A DNA stretch of 64,000 nt, from assembly GCA_963663545.1 (NCBI GenBank), contig OY760505.1, positions 2,880,001-2,944,000 of the forward strand, in the 5' to 3' direction. The position numbers and the translations under genes are program-made. The notes under the pieces were generated by a model. It saw only the letters and a list, made by a program, of their open reading frames with translations. It had not been told where the DNA came from and ran no database searches. Shown here piece after piece: positions 34,667-44,481 of this stretch; the first letter of the stretch is position 1, and every line of letters starts with the position of its first letter. Source of the stretch: Candidatus Delongbacteria bacterium. Lineage in GTDB: Bacteria > CAIWAD01.

Positions 34667-35319
34667 TGAGAGTACACCCTGCGGGACGCGCTCCCGTGCT
34701 GAGCTGTTTGCTGATCTCACTAGCACTGATGGTGATGTGCCGCTGGTTGCCGCACACACTTGTTTGGCCCGCCATTGTCCTTGCCGCGTTCTTGCTTGCG
34801 GGTGCTTGCTTCCTGCTCTATTTCTACCGTGATCCGGAGCGTCAGCCCGACGGTTCCGGGCTGCTGTCCGCGGCCGATGGTTGCGTGGTCAAGATCCAGC
34901 ACGTAGAGCACTGTGTCGAAATCGACGGTCCGGCTACCATCCTTTCCATATTCATGAGCCCGTTGAATGTTCACGTCAACCGCGCCAGCATTGCAGGCCG
35001 GGTTACGGGTGTTGAATACCGGCCGGGAAAATACCTCGTTGCCTTCCATGACAAGGCCTCAGAATTGAACGAGGCCAACCTCATCGTTCTTCAAGATGAG
35101 CAGGGACGCAAGGTGGCCTTGCGTCAAATCGCGGGTGCCGTTGCACGTCGCATTCTCTGCCCGGCCAAGGTCGGTGATACATTGCAGCGAGGCGAACGCT
35201 ACGGTATGATTCAGTTCGGTTCCCGCGTGGACCATTTCCTGCCTCCCGCAGTCAAGCTTTGTGTCACGGAGCATGACAAGGTTCTGGCAGGGCAGACGGT
35301 GATCGGAGAGTGGTCATGA
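34666..35319 (+). CDS. psd: Phosphatidylserine decarboxylase proenzyme
   Basis: YRDPER, IFMSPLNVHVNR, FGSRVD cleavage motif. Confidence 0.92.
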   Translation: MRVHPAGRAPVLSCLLISLALMVMCRWLPHTLVWPAIVLAAFLLAGACFLLYFYRDPERQPDGSGLLSAADGCVVKIQHVEHCVEIDGPATILSIFMSPLNVHVNRASIAGRVTGVEYRPGKYLVAFHDKASELNEANLIVLQDEQGRKVALRQIAGAVARRILCPAKVGDTLQRGERYGMIQFGSRVDHFLPPAVKLCVTEHDKVLAGQTVIGEWS

Positions 35320-36122
35320 AACATCATTTGACCAAACTGCCCAACATGTTGACCTTCCTCAACCTCTTCGTAGGTTTCGCCGCCATCACCACCCTTTTGA
35401 ATCACGCCATGAATGGACGCGGTACTCCAACCCAGGCAGCCTGGTTCATCGTTATTGCAGCGGTCATCGACGGCATGGACGGCAAACTGGCGCGCAAGAT
35501 GAACCACCAGAGCCTTTTCGGCAAGGAGCTCGACAGCCTGGCGGATGTGGTCAGTTTTGGCCTGGCACCAGGAGTGCTTGTGTACGCGCTCTACTTTAGC
35601 AGTTGGGGCGATCGCGGTGCGCTCTGGGGCCTGGTCGGTTTGTGTTTCTCATCCCTGCCATTGATGTTCGGCTGTTACCGGCTGGCGCGCTACAACGTGG
35701 AAACGGGGCTGGAGAAGAAGAAGAGTAGCCATTTCAGCGGCATGCCCATTCCTGTTGGCGCTTGTCTGATTTCGGCCTGGGTGCTGTTTGCCAATGAAAT
35801 TGCCTCTCTTACAGGCCAGGATTTGACAGCCCCTCATTGGATGCGTCTGACTACGGCTGTCGTTGCCTTCAGCAGCTTCATGATGGTCAGCCGCGTGCGC
35901 TTTCAGGGTATGCCCATGCTAACCTTGCATGGCGGCTGGCAGAACCGCGTTGCCCTTTTCTTCTTGGTGGGCATGCTGGCGCTTGGTGTTGTAACGCCGC
36001 TGGCGTTGTTCCCGCTGGGACTGTATTACATCGGGTCCATGATCTGGCAGCATCTGCGTGATACAAATGAAGAGTTGGATGCCTATCCCTTGCAGGACGA
36101 CTCGGGACTGGACGACGAATAG
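35316..36122 (+). CDS. pssA: CDP-diacylglycerol--serine O-phosphatidyltransferase
   Basis: DGMDGKLAR...GKELDSLADVVSFG. Confidence 0.92.
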   Translation: MKHHLTKLPNMLTFLNLFVGFAAITTLLNHAMNGRGTPTQAAWFIVIAAVIDGMDGKLARKMNHQSLFGKELDSLADVVSFGLAPGVLVYALYFSSWGDRGALWGLVGLCFSSLPLMFGCYRLARYNVETGLEKKKSSHFSGMPIPVGACLISAWVLFANEIASLTGQDLTAPHWMRLTTAVVAFSSFMMVSRVRFQGMPMLTLHGGWQNRVALFFLVGMLALGVVTPLALFPLGLYYIGSMIWQHLRDTNEELDAYPLQDDSGLDDE

Positions 36123-36163
36123 TTCACCCCGGTGTGGCCGGGATTAGTTTGGAGCAAGAATAC

Positions 36164-36427
36164 ATGATCCAGGTGCAGATTCGCATCATGCCCAAGGCTT
36201 CCATCCTTGACCCGCAGGGAAAGACCGTGCTGGGCGCGCTGGCCAACCTCGGCTTCGATCAGGCCACCGCTTGCCGCATGGGGAAGTTTGTCACCCTCGA
36301 TTTTCCCGAAATGGACCGTGAGGAGTTGGAGCGCGAAGTCGAGCAGATCTGCAGCCGTCTGCTTGTGAATCCAAACACCGAGACCTGGCAGGCGGAGTAC
36401 GTTCTCCTGCAGGGAGCGCAGGCATGA
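36164..36427 (+). CDS. purS: FGAM synthase subunit PurS
   Basis: LDPQG...RMGK...LLVNP. Confidence 0.93.
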   Translation: MIQVQIRIMPKASILDPQGKTVLGALANLGFDQATACRMGKFVTLDFPEMDREELEREVEQICSRLLVNPNTETWQAEYVLLQGAQA

Positions 36428-37128
36428 AAACCGGTGTGGTCGTCTTTCCCGGATCCAATTGCGATCACGATACCGCTTGGGTGCTCGGCGATCTGCTGGG
36501 TGCTGAAGTGGATTATTTGTGGCACAAAGAGCGTGTTACAAAGAAGTACGATCTCATCGTTCTGCCTGGTGGGTTTTCTTACGGAGACTATCTGCGCACG
36601 GGCGCTATCGCTCGCATTTCTCCCGTTATGGAAGATGTGCGCGTTCATGCAGAACAGGGACGCTACTTGCTTGGCATCTGCAACGGCTTTCAGATCCTGA
36701 CCGAAGCGGGTCTGCTTCCCGGTGCACTGATGACAAATGACTGCCTGCGCTTTGTCTGTCGTGACGTTTTCCTCAAGGTGGAACACCGTGATACAGCCTT
36801 CAGCGCTGAACTCGCCGCGGCGGGCGTGATACGTTTGCCCATCGCCCATCACGGAGGTCGATATGTGGCCGATGCGGACACGGTGAGTCGTCTTGAGGAT
36901 GAGGATCGCGTGCTTTTCCGCTACTGTGATGAGAACGGCCATGCCACACTCGAGGCCAACCCCAATGGCAGTGTGAACAATATCGCCGGCATTCTGAACG
37001 AGGGCCGCAATGTTCTGGGCATGATGCCACATCCCGAGAGGGCCGCGCACGAATCCATTGGTGGCGCAGATGGCTTTGGCGTGTTCCAGGGTGTGTCACA
37101 GGCGGTTGAAGCGCTTCAACTTCTGTAG
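36424..37128 (+). CDS. purQ: FGAM synthase glutaminase subunit PurQ
   Basis: FPGSNCD, PGGFSYGDYLR, GICNGFQ, MMPHPER. Confidence 0.97.
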   Translation: MKTGVVVFPGSNCDHDTAWVLGDLLGAEVDYLWHKERVTKKYDLIVLPGGFSYGDYLRTGAIARISPVMEDVRVHAEQGRYLLGICNGFQILTEAGLLPGALMTNDCLRFVCRDVFLKVEHRDTAFSAELAAAGVIRLPIAHHGGRYVADADTVSRLEDEDRVLFRYCDENGHATLEANPNGSVNNIAGILNEGRNVLGMMPHPERAAHESIGGADGFGVFQGVSQAVEALQLL

Positions 37129-37133
37129 GACCT

Positions 37134-37901
37134 ATGACGGCCGGGAATAGCGCAGAAATGAGCTTTCTGGATCACCTGGCCGAGCTGCGCAAGCTGGTTG
37201 TGCAGGTGGTCGTGGTCACGCTTGTGGCTATGAGTGCCTGCTTCTTTTTAGCCCCGATCCTGCAAACCCTGCTGCTGGAACCACTGCATCGTGCTATTGC
37301 CATTTCCGGAGGCGAAGGCGGACTAGCACTACTGGCGCCAACCGAGGGCTTTATCGTTCAGCTACGCATTGCCTTCTTCGCCGGTGTGGTGCTCGCGTCT
37401 CCTGTGCTCTTTCTGTTATGCTGGCGCTTCTTTGCGCCTGCCCTCAAGCCCGGCGAGCGCTCCCGTGGCTTTCCGCTGCTGATTTCTGCTTCCTTCTTTT
37501 TCATGCTTGGAGTGGCTTTTGGCTGGTATGTCATGGGGTATGCTGTAGGTTTTTTCCTGCAGTACGGTAGCACAGACATTCCCAACGCCTGGTCGCTTGA
37601 CCGCTACATCCGTTTTGTGACACAACTCTGTTTGGCCTTCGGTGTGGTCTTTCAGCTTCCCGTTGTGATCCATCTACTGGCGCGTCTGGGTATCGTTGGA
37701 CCGGCTACCCTGGCCAAGTATCGTCGCCATGCCATCGTCGCCATCCTGATCCTGGCGGCAGCGTTGACTCCGCCTGATCCCTTCAGTCAGTTGCTTCTGG
37801 CCGCCCCTGTCTATTTGCTTTTCGAATTCTCTATTCTGCTGGCGCGCCTGGTTTACAAACCGCGTCGCCCCGATGCACACGACGCAAGCGCTGTGAGCTG
37901 A
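37134..37901 (+). CDS. tatC: Twin-arginine translocase subunit TatC
   Basis: MSFLDHLAELR, F.APAL...E, FQLP, TPPD. Confidence 0.95.
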   Translation: MTAGNSAEMSFLDHLAELRKLVVQVVVVTLVAMSACFFLAPILQTLLLEPLHRAIAISGGEGGLALLAPTEGFIVQLRIAFFAGVVLASPVLFLLCWRFFAPALKPGERSRGFPLLISASFFFMLGVAFGWYVMGYAVGFFLQYGSTDIPNAWSLDRYIRFVTQLCLAFGVVFQLPVVIHLLARLGIVGPATLAKYRRHAIVAILILAAALTPPDPFSQLLLAAPVYLLFEFSILLARLVYKPRRPDAHDASAVS

Positions 37902-37902
37902 T

Positions 37903-39294
37903 ATGCTATGTATCACCGAGTGGCGGAGCGCTGTGCGCAATCAGGGCCTTCTGCCTGCGCTGGATGCCCTGTTGAAGCGTGCAGTAGCGGATCCCCACAA
38001 TGCACTGTGTCACATTCAACGTGAACTCTGCTTCCAAGATGCTCCTCGCTGTGCGGAGCGTATCCTGTGTGATACAACGCGACCACTAGAGGGCGTTCCT
38101 TTGCTGATCAAGGACAATCTGGCGCAAGCTGGATGTCCACTCACCTGTGCATCACGCGTGTTATTTGGGTATGTGTCACCCTTTACTGCCACTTGTGTGC
38201 AGCGCGCGAAGGATGCCGGAGCTCTGATCGTCGGACGTACCAACATGGATGAGTTTGCCATGGGCAGCTCCGGTGAGCACAGTTCCTATGGACCCACACG
38301 CAATCCGCTGGATCCTGACCGTGTGCCAGGAGGAAGCTCTTCCGGCAGTGCGGCCGCCGTGGCAGCGGGATTGGTCCCCGTTGCGCTCGGAAGTGATACA
38401 GGCGGGAGCATTCGCCAACCTGCCGCCTGCTGCAATCTGACAGGGTTCAAACCGGGCTACGGCAAGATCAGTCGCAGCGGGCTTTGCGCATTTGCCAGCA
38501 GCCTGGACTGCGTCGGCCTGCTGGCAACCTGTGTCGACGACATTGCTCTGGTGTATCACAGCATCGCCGGGCCAGACCCTGCTGATCCCACAAGTCTGTT
38601 GCCTGAAACACAGGCCGAATCCTCTGCACCACGCAAGGCGATTGTGCTTGCTGATACATTGGCGTTGTGTGAGCCAGACTTTGCTGACGCCTTTCGGCAG
38701 TGTCTTCGTCTGTTGGCCGATGCCGGTTGGGAACTGTTGGAGTGTTGTGGACCCGACTGCGATCAGGCCCTGAGTGCCTATCTGGTGCTCGCAACGGCAG
38801 AGGCTTCCACCAATCTGGCCCGTTATGACGGCGTGCGCTATGGGCTTCGCGCCGAAGAACCGGAAGACGATTTTGCAGGCATGATCCGTCGGAGCCGAGG
38901 GCGCGGTTTCGGCACGGAGGTGCGCCGTCGAATATTGCTGGGCACCGCACTACTGGCGCACGGTTATGCGCCCGGCTATTACCAGCGTGCGCTACACTTG
39001 CGCGAACGCCTGAAGGCCGACTATGCTGCGCTTTTCGCTCAAGCTCCCTTGCTGCTTTCACCTACCATGCCGGCACTTCCCTTTCGCTTGGGCGAGCGTC
39101 TTGAGGACCCACAACGCATGTACCGCGCCGATCTGCTTACGGTTGGGGCAAGCCTGGCCGGGTTACCGGCGATTTCCCTGCCGACTGTGCCGCTCCGGGT
39201 TCCCTTCCGCCTTAGCTTGCAGCTGATGTCCGCTCGCGGGCGGGAGGATACGCTGCTTGCCGCCGCCAAAGAGGTGGAGAAGCTGTTCTCTTAG
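37903..39294 (+). CDS. gatA: Glu/Asp-tRNA amidotransferase subunit A (divergent)
   Basis: IKDN, TNMDEFAMGSS, GGSSSGS, GSDTGGSIRQP, NLARYDGVRYG. Confidence 0.9.
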   Translation: MLCITEWRSAVRNQGLLPALDALLKRAVADPHNALCHIQRELCFQDAPRCAERILCDTTRPLEGVPLLIKDNLAQAGCPLTCASRVLFGYVSPFTATCVQRAKDAGALIVGRTNMDEFAMGSSGEHSSYGPTRNPLDPDRVPGGSSSGSAAAVAAGLVPVALGSDTGGSIRQPAACCNLTGFKPGYGKISRSGLCAFASSLDCVGLLATCVDDIALVYHSIAGPDPADPTSLLPETQAESSAPRKAIVLADTLALCEPDFADAFRQCLRLLADAGWELLECCGPDCDQALSAYLVLATAEASTNLARYDGVRYGLRAEEPEDDFAGMIRRSRGRGFGTEVRRRILLGTALLAHGYAPGYYQRALHLRERLKADYAALFAQAPLLLSPTMPALPFRLGERLEDPQRMYRADLLTVGASLAGLPAISLPTVPLRVPFRLSLQLMSARGREDTLLAAAKEVEKLFS

Positions 39295-39422
39295 CCAGGA
39301 TATCGCAATGGTGCAGAAGCGCCGATTTCGACGCCTGCGCCCGCTTTGGAACCCCTTTTCTTCTGGCTCCTGCTCTTCTATATTAATCGTTTCGTCATCG
39401 GGACAAGACTACGGGAAAACGG

Positions 39423-40925
39423 ATGTGCCTGAACACCGGTGATCCGCAGGCGCGGATTGGGCTGGAAGTCCACGTACAACTGGAGTTGCGCACCAAGGCT
39501 TTCTGTTCCTGCGCGCTGAATTGCGCGCTGAATTGCGCGCTGACCGATGACGAGGCCGGACCCGACTCTGGCTGCTGTCCCGTTTGCCTGGGGCTGCCCG
39601 GCAGTCTTCCTGCGCTGAATGGCCAGATACCGGCATTGGCGGTTCGGCTGGCCATGGCACTGGAATCCCGTGTCGCCGCTCGCTGGTCCTTTGACCGCAA
39701 GAGTTACTTCTATCCGGATATGCCACGCGGCTACCAGATCACGCAGTGGCGAAATCCCTGCGCTACCGGTGGCCGCTTGCCCTTGCCGGTGGACGAGCAC
39801 GGCGAAGTGTTGTGTCACGGCGATGGTCGTTCGCGTGCTGCCTGGCGCCCTCTTCCTTTGCAGCGCCTGCATGTGGAGGAGGACGCGGGAAGCAGTCGGC
39901 ACAGCGGTGGCGGAAGCGAGGTCGATTATCGCCGGGCGGGAGCGCCGTTGGTGGAGATCGTCAGCGAGCCGCAGTTGCGGACTCCGGCAGAGGCTGTCGC
40001 GGCGCTGCGTCAATTGCGCCAGCTAGTGCGCTGGCTGGGAGTGGGAAACGCACAAGCCGAAACCGGCGGTTTGCGTTGTGATGGTAATCTTTCGCTCTCT
40101 GACACTGACGGAACGCTACTGGCGGGGCCGGTGGAGGTGAAGAATCTGAATTCGCTCCGTTTTCTCGAGCGCGCCTTGCACTACGAGGATGCCCGCTTGC
40201 GGAAAGCGTTGAAGGACGGTGTGCGCGTGGGGCGGGAATCCCGCGGCTACGACGAACAGGCGGATCGGACCTTTGCCATGCGCGACAAGGAGTCGGGTGC
40301 CGACTATCGCTATTCGCCCGAACCCGACCTGCCGGACCTGGTGCTGGAGGAATCCTGGCTGGATCAGCAGCGTGACACATTGTTGTTGCTGCCCTGGCAG
40401 GCGCGTGAGCAACTGGAGGAGCTCGGGCTATTACCGGCAGAGATCGAGGGACTGCTCGAGGATGCCGCTGCGGCTCGCTGGCTGCTCTCCTGGTCGCAAG
40501 AGCTTGAAATGGAAGATGCACGTGCCTTTGCGCACCGTCTGCTAGGGCGTGATACAAGGACCGCCTTACCGCTTCTCGCGGACGCTGGTGAACTTGTGCG
40601 CCTTCAGCATGAGCGACGTATCACGCGGCAAGGGGCGGATCGTCTGTTTTGGCTTCTTTGCGAGCGAAGCGTTGATGTGGCGACCCTGGCGCGGGAAGAG
40701 GGCCTGCTGCTTGAGCACGATGAGAAAGCGGCTGTTGAAGCCGTACATCGCGTACTGACGGATTGTCCCGATGAACTGGCGCGCTTGCGTGCCGGTGAGA
40801 AGCGTTTGCTGGAATACCTGCTGGGGCAGGTGTTAAGGCAATTGAAGAGAAATGCAGATCCGCGCCTGGTGCGTGCGCTTCTGCAAGAACACGTATCACA
40901 AGAGATCGACGCGGATCGATCCTAA
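39423..40925 (+). CDS. gatB: Glu/Asp-tRNA amidotransferase subunit B (divergent)
   Basis: IGLEVHVQL, DRKSYFYPD, EEDAG, EVKNLNS, DYRY.PEPDLP. Confidence 0.92.
   Translation: MCLNTGDPQARIGLEVHVQLELRTKAFCSCALNCALNCALTDDEAGPDSGCCPVCLGLPGSLPALNGQIPALAVRLAMALESRVAARWSFDRKSYFYPDMPRGYQITQWRNPCATGGRLPLPVDEHGEVLCHGDGRSRAAWRPLPLQRLHVEEDAGSSRHSGGGSEVDYRRAGAPLVEIVSEPQLRTPAEAVAALRQLRQLVRWLGVGNAQAETGGLRCDGNLSLSDTDGTLLAGPVEVKNLNSLRFLERALHYEDARLRKALKDGVRVGRESRGYDEQADRTFAMRDKESGADYRYSPEPDLPDLVLEESWLDQQRDTLLLLPWQAREQLEELGLLPAEIEGLLEDAAAARWLLSWSQELEMEDARAFAHRLLGRDTRTALPLLADAGELVRLQHERRITRQGADRLFWLLCERSVDVATLAREEGLLLEHDEKAAVEAVHRVLTDCPDELARLRAGEKRLLEYLLGQVLRQLKRNADPRLVRALLQEHVSQEIDADRS
39510..39543. repeat. 12-bp tandem repeat in gatB
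   Basis: TGCGCGCTGAAT about 2.8 times, giving CALNCALNCAL. Confidence 0.85.
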
Positions 40926-40938
40926 CGAAGGACCAGGC

Positions 40939-43900
40939 ATGTACCTGTCCCGTATCGAACTATTCGGCTTCAAATCCTTTGCTCAGAAGACGGTTGTGGA
41001 TTTCTCCAGCGGAGTGACCTGCGTTGTAGGCCCCAACGGCTGCGGCAAGACGAATATCCTGGACGCTGTCCGCTGGGTGCTGGGCGAGCAGAAGAGTTCC
41101 ACGCTGCGTAGCGACCGCATGGAGAGCGTGATTTTCAATGGATCACGCCATCGCAAACCGCTGGGAATGTCGGAAGTATCGTTGACGATCCAGAACAGCC
41201 GCAACATTCTTCCTGTCGAATACAGCGAGATTCTGATTACGCGCCGCCTCTACCGCTCCGGTGAGAGCGAGTATTTGATGAACCGCGCGCCGTGCCGCTT
41301 GAAGGATATCACCGATCTCTTCATGGACACAGGAATGGGGCCCGGATCCTATTCCGTGATCGAGTTGAAGATGGTCGAGAACCTGCTTTCCGACAAGCCT
41401 GAAGAACGACGTCTGCTCTTCGAAGAAGCGGCTGGTATCACGAAGTACAAACATCGTCGTCGCGCCGCCTTGCGCAAACTCGAAGAGACCCGCAGCCACA
41501 TTGAGCGCCTCGAGGATATTCTGGCGGAAGCCGAACGCCAAGCCAACGGCCTTCAGCGACAGGTCCGCAAGACACAGCGCTATCGCGAATTGCAGACCGA
41601 GCTCAAACTGCTGGATACGGCCAGTGCGCGGGCCGAATACAACACTCTGCTTTGCCGCTGTGATCCAATGCAGGCTGAGTTGGACTCCGGTGGCGGAATT
41701 GTGAAAGACCTCGACCGCCAGCTGCTGGAAAACGAGACTCAAAGTACAGCGCTGAACCGCGACCAGCTTTTGGCCGAGGAAGAGCTGCATCAGGCAGAGG
41801 ATGAGCAGACGCGTCTGCGTGCGGAAGTCCGTCGTCTGGAGGAAAGCCTGTTGGTCGGTCGCGAGCGCAGTTCTGCGCTTACACGCGACGTCGACCGTTT
41901 GGCCTCGGAGCGTGATACGCTGTCCACGCGCATCGAGGAAAGCAGCCAGACGCTGAGCGAAGTGGAAGGCCGCCTGACAGATGCACAAGACCACGGCAGT
42001 GAACTGGATGCCGATCTGGAGAAGGCGCGGAGCAGGGCAAGTGAAGCCGAGGCATTACAACAGAGTCTGCGCGGCAAAATGGAGAACTCGCGCAAGCGGG
42101 TGCTGGAGCTGATCAGCCGCTACGCTCAGCGTAACACGGATCTGGCGCGTATCACAAGCTCACTGGAGCAGGTTCAACAGCGGGTTCGCGACCTGGAAGA
42201 AGAGCGGCAACTTGCCAGTCAGGATCGCAGCATGCGCGCCGAGCAGCGCAAATCGCTGGAAGAGGAATACAAACGCGGCGCTGCCACACTTGATGAACGG
42301 GACCAGACGCTGGCTGAGGCTGGAGCCCGGCAGCAGGCAGCGCGCGACGAGTTGGATCACGCACGCCATTCCGAGACGGAAGGTACAGGTGAGCTGAAGG
42401 CGCTGCAGGGACGTCGCGAGTTTCTTGACGGCATGCTGCAGCGTTTCGAGGGCGTTCCCGGCGGAGCGCGTGCAGTGCTGGAAGCTGGTATCACGGGGAT
42501 CAGCGATACCTTCGGCAACCTGGTGCACTGCGAGCGGGAGCTGATTCCCGCGCTGGAAGCTGCCGTCGGGCAGGCTGCCGGATGGCTGGTGGCCGAAGAC
42601 CGCAATGCTGTGTCACGAGCAGCAGAGCTCTTGAAACGCGAAGATCGCGGCGATTGCACTTTTGTAATGCTGGATCAGGTGCCTACATCTGTTTCAGCGA
42701 CAGCACCAGCAGGCTGCAGCTCGATTCTGGAGCATGTGAAAGTTGCCGATCGATATCGTCCACTGGCCGCATTTCTGCTTAACGATTGCTGGTACAGCGA
42801 GAATCCGGAAGCTGTCGATCTGGATGCCCTTCCTGCACATGCGCTAGTAATGGGGCCGGATGGGCGCTGGCTGCGTCCACCCGCGGTAATTCATGTAGCA
42901 CGCCGCGATGGTCAGCAGGACAGTCATCTTGGACTGCGTTTTCAGCTCGAAGGTTTGGAGTCGGATGTCCGTCGGCAGCAGCTCAAGCTGGAGGAACTGC
43001 GCGCAACGCGCGTTGCCAGCGAGCAGAAACTGCAGATGGCGGGTGATACACGTCGTCAGGCTGAAGAAGACTTGAAGACGGCTGAAGCGGCTTTGCGCGG
43101 AATTCAGGCCCGTCTGGACCAGTTGGATTATGCCGAAGAACGTCAGCTACGCGATGAAGAGCATCAATCAAAGACGCTGGCTTCCCTGCAGGAGCGTGTA
43201 TCACGCGAGCAGAAGCAGGAAGGGCTGCTGAAGTCCGAGTTGGAGGAGTTGCAATTGGAGCGCGACGACGCCGAGGGCGAGGTCGCATCTTTGCAACGCA
43301 ACCTGGACCGGCGCGAGCAGGAGTTTCGCGATGCCGCCGAACAGCGCACGCGAGCAGAACTGGCCGCTCGCGAGCATCACCTGCGTCTGGAGGCGGAGCA
43401 GCGGGAGCAGCAGCGACTGTTTCGCTTCATCAGTGAAGGGCGACAGCGTCTAGACGAGATGGCGCATGAACGTCGCGAGGCACAGGAAAGCCTGGAAAGC
43501 CTGAAGGAAAGGCTGGAGCGCGAAGACCGCGATCTGCACCTGGCCGAGGAAGCCCGTGGCCGTCAGCAGAGTGTGCTGGATCAGTGCAAGGATCGCGTGC
43601 AGCAACTCCATACTGCAATGAAGGAGCTGGCGCGAACAGCGGCCCATCTTCGAGCCGAGCGACAGGACATTGGCGAACGTCGCCATCGTACCGAGCTTGA
43701 GCTTTCCGAGATGCGCATCAAAATCACCGGGCTGCAGGAGCGCGTCCGCGCCGAGTATGAACTTGAACTCGAGCGTGAAGAGGACGCAGCAGAGTTGCAG
43801 CAGCTGCTTGACCTGAATCTAGAAGAGAGCCGCAAGCGCATCGTAGAGCTGCGTGAGGCGTTGCGTCGTTTGGGACCGGTCAACCTGCTTGCCATCGAGG

Positions 43901-44481
43901 AATATGACGAGGTCCGTGAGCGTCGTGATTTCCTGCGCAATCAAATTCGTGATCTGCTGGAAGCCGAGGCGATGCTCAAGGAAACCATTCAGCGCATCAA
44001 CCGTGTAGCACGCGAGTTGTTTGAGGCGACTTTTGAGAAGATTCGCACCAATTTCGAATACCTGTTTCGCAAGCTCTTCAACGATGGGCGCGCAGATCTG
44101 CGGTTGAGTGCCGAAGATCCGCTGGAGGCCGATATCGCCATCTCGGCCACACCTTCGGGCAAGCGCATCCAGAGCCTGACGCTGATGAGCGGTGGAGAGA
44201 AAACGCTGACAGCCATCGCCCTGCTCTTTGCCATCTACATGGTCAAGCCTTCGCCTTTCTGCATTCTGGACGAGGTCGACGCCCCGCTGGATGACGCCAA
44301 CATTGGCCGCTTCAACAATCTCATTCGAGAGTTCAGCGGCATGACACAGTTCATCATCATCACTCACAACAAGAAGACAATGGGCTACGCCAATCAGCTT
44401 TACGGCGTTACAATGGCTGAAGAGGGCGTCTCCACTCTGGTCAGCGTGCAGTTCCATGGTCAGCAGGAGGTCAGCGCGTGA
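40939..44481 (+). CDS. smc: Chromosome segregation protein SMC
   Basis: GFKSF, GPNGCGKTN, long coiled coils with hinge, SGGEK, LDEVDAPLD. Confidence 0.97.
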   Translation: MYLSRIELFGFKSFAQKTVVDFSSGVTCVVGPNGCGKTNILDAVRWVLGEQKSSTLRSDRMESVIFNGSRHRKPLGMSEVSLTIQNSRNILPVEYSEILITRRLYRSGESEYLMNRAPCRLKDITDLFMDTGMGPGSYSVIELKMVENLLSDKPEERRLLFEEAAGITKYKHRRRAALRKLEETRSHIERLEDILAEAERQANGLQRQVRKTQRYRELQTELKLLDTASARAEYNTLLCRCDPMQAELDSGGGIVKDLDRQLLENETQSTALNRDQLLAEEELHQAEDEQTRLRAEVRRLEESLLVGRERSSALTRDVDRLASERDTLSTRIEESSQTLSEVEGRLTDAQDHGSELDADLEKARSRASEAEALQQSLRGKMENSRKRVLELISRYAQRNTDLARITSSLEQVQQRVRDLEEERQLASQDRSMRAEQRKSLEEEYKRGAATLDERDQTLAEAGARQQAARDELDHARHSETEGTGELKALQGRREFLDGMLQRFEGVPGGARAVLEAGITGISDTFGNLVHCERELIPALEAAVGQAAGWLVAEDRNAVSRAAELLKREDRGDCTFVMLDQVPTSVSATAPAGCSSILEHVKVADRYRPLAAFLLNDCWYSENPEAVDLDALPAHALVMGPDGRWLRPPAVIHVARRDGQQDSHLGLRFQLEGLESDVRRQQLKLEELRATRVASEQKLQMAGDTRRQAEEDLKTAEAALRGIQARLDQLDYAEERQLRDEEHQSKTLASLQERVSREQKQEGLLKSELEELQLERDDAEGEVASLQRNLDRREQEFRDAAEQRTRAELAAREHHLRLEAEQREQQRLFRFISEGRQRLDEMAHERREAQESLESLKERLEREDRDLHLAEEARGRQQSVLDQCKDRVQQLHTAMKELARTAAHLRAERQDIGERRHRTELELSEMRIKITGLQERVRAEYELELEREEDAAELQQLLDLNLEESRKRIVELREALRRLGPVNLLAIEEYDEVRERRDFLRNQIRDLLEAEAMLKETIQRINRVARELFEATFEKIRTNFEYLFRKLFNDGRADLRLSAEDPLEADIAISATPSGKRIQSLTLMSGGEKTLTAIALLFAIYMVKPSPFCILDEVDAPLDDANIGRFNNLIREFSGMTQFIIITHNKKTMGYANQLYGVTMAEEGVSTLVSVQFHGQQEVSA

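Noticed and set aside
39295..39422. Hidden gatC or small ORF between gatA and gatB
   Set aside because: Too short, and the translation shows no GatC-like features
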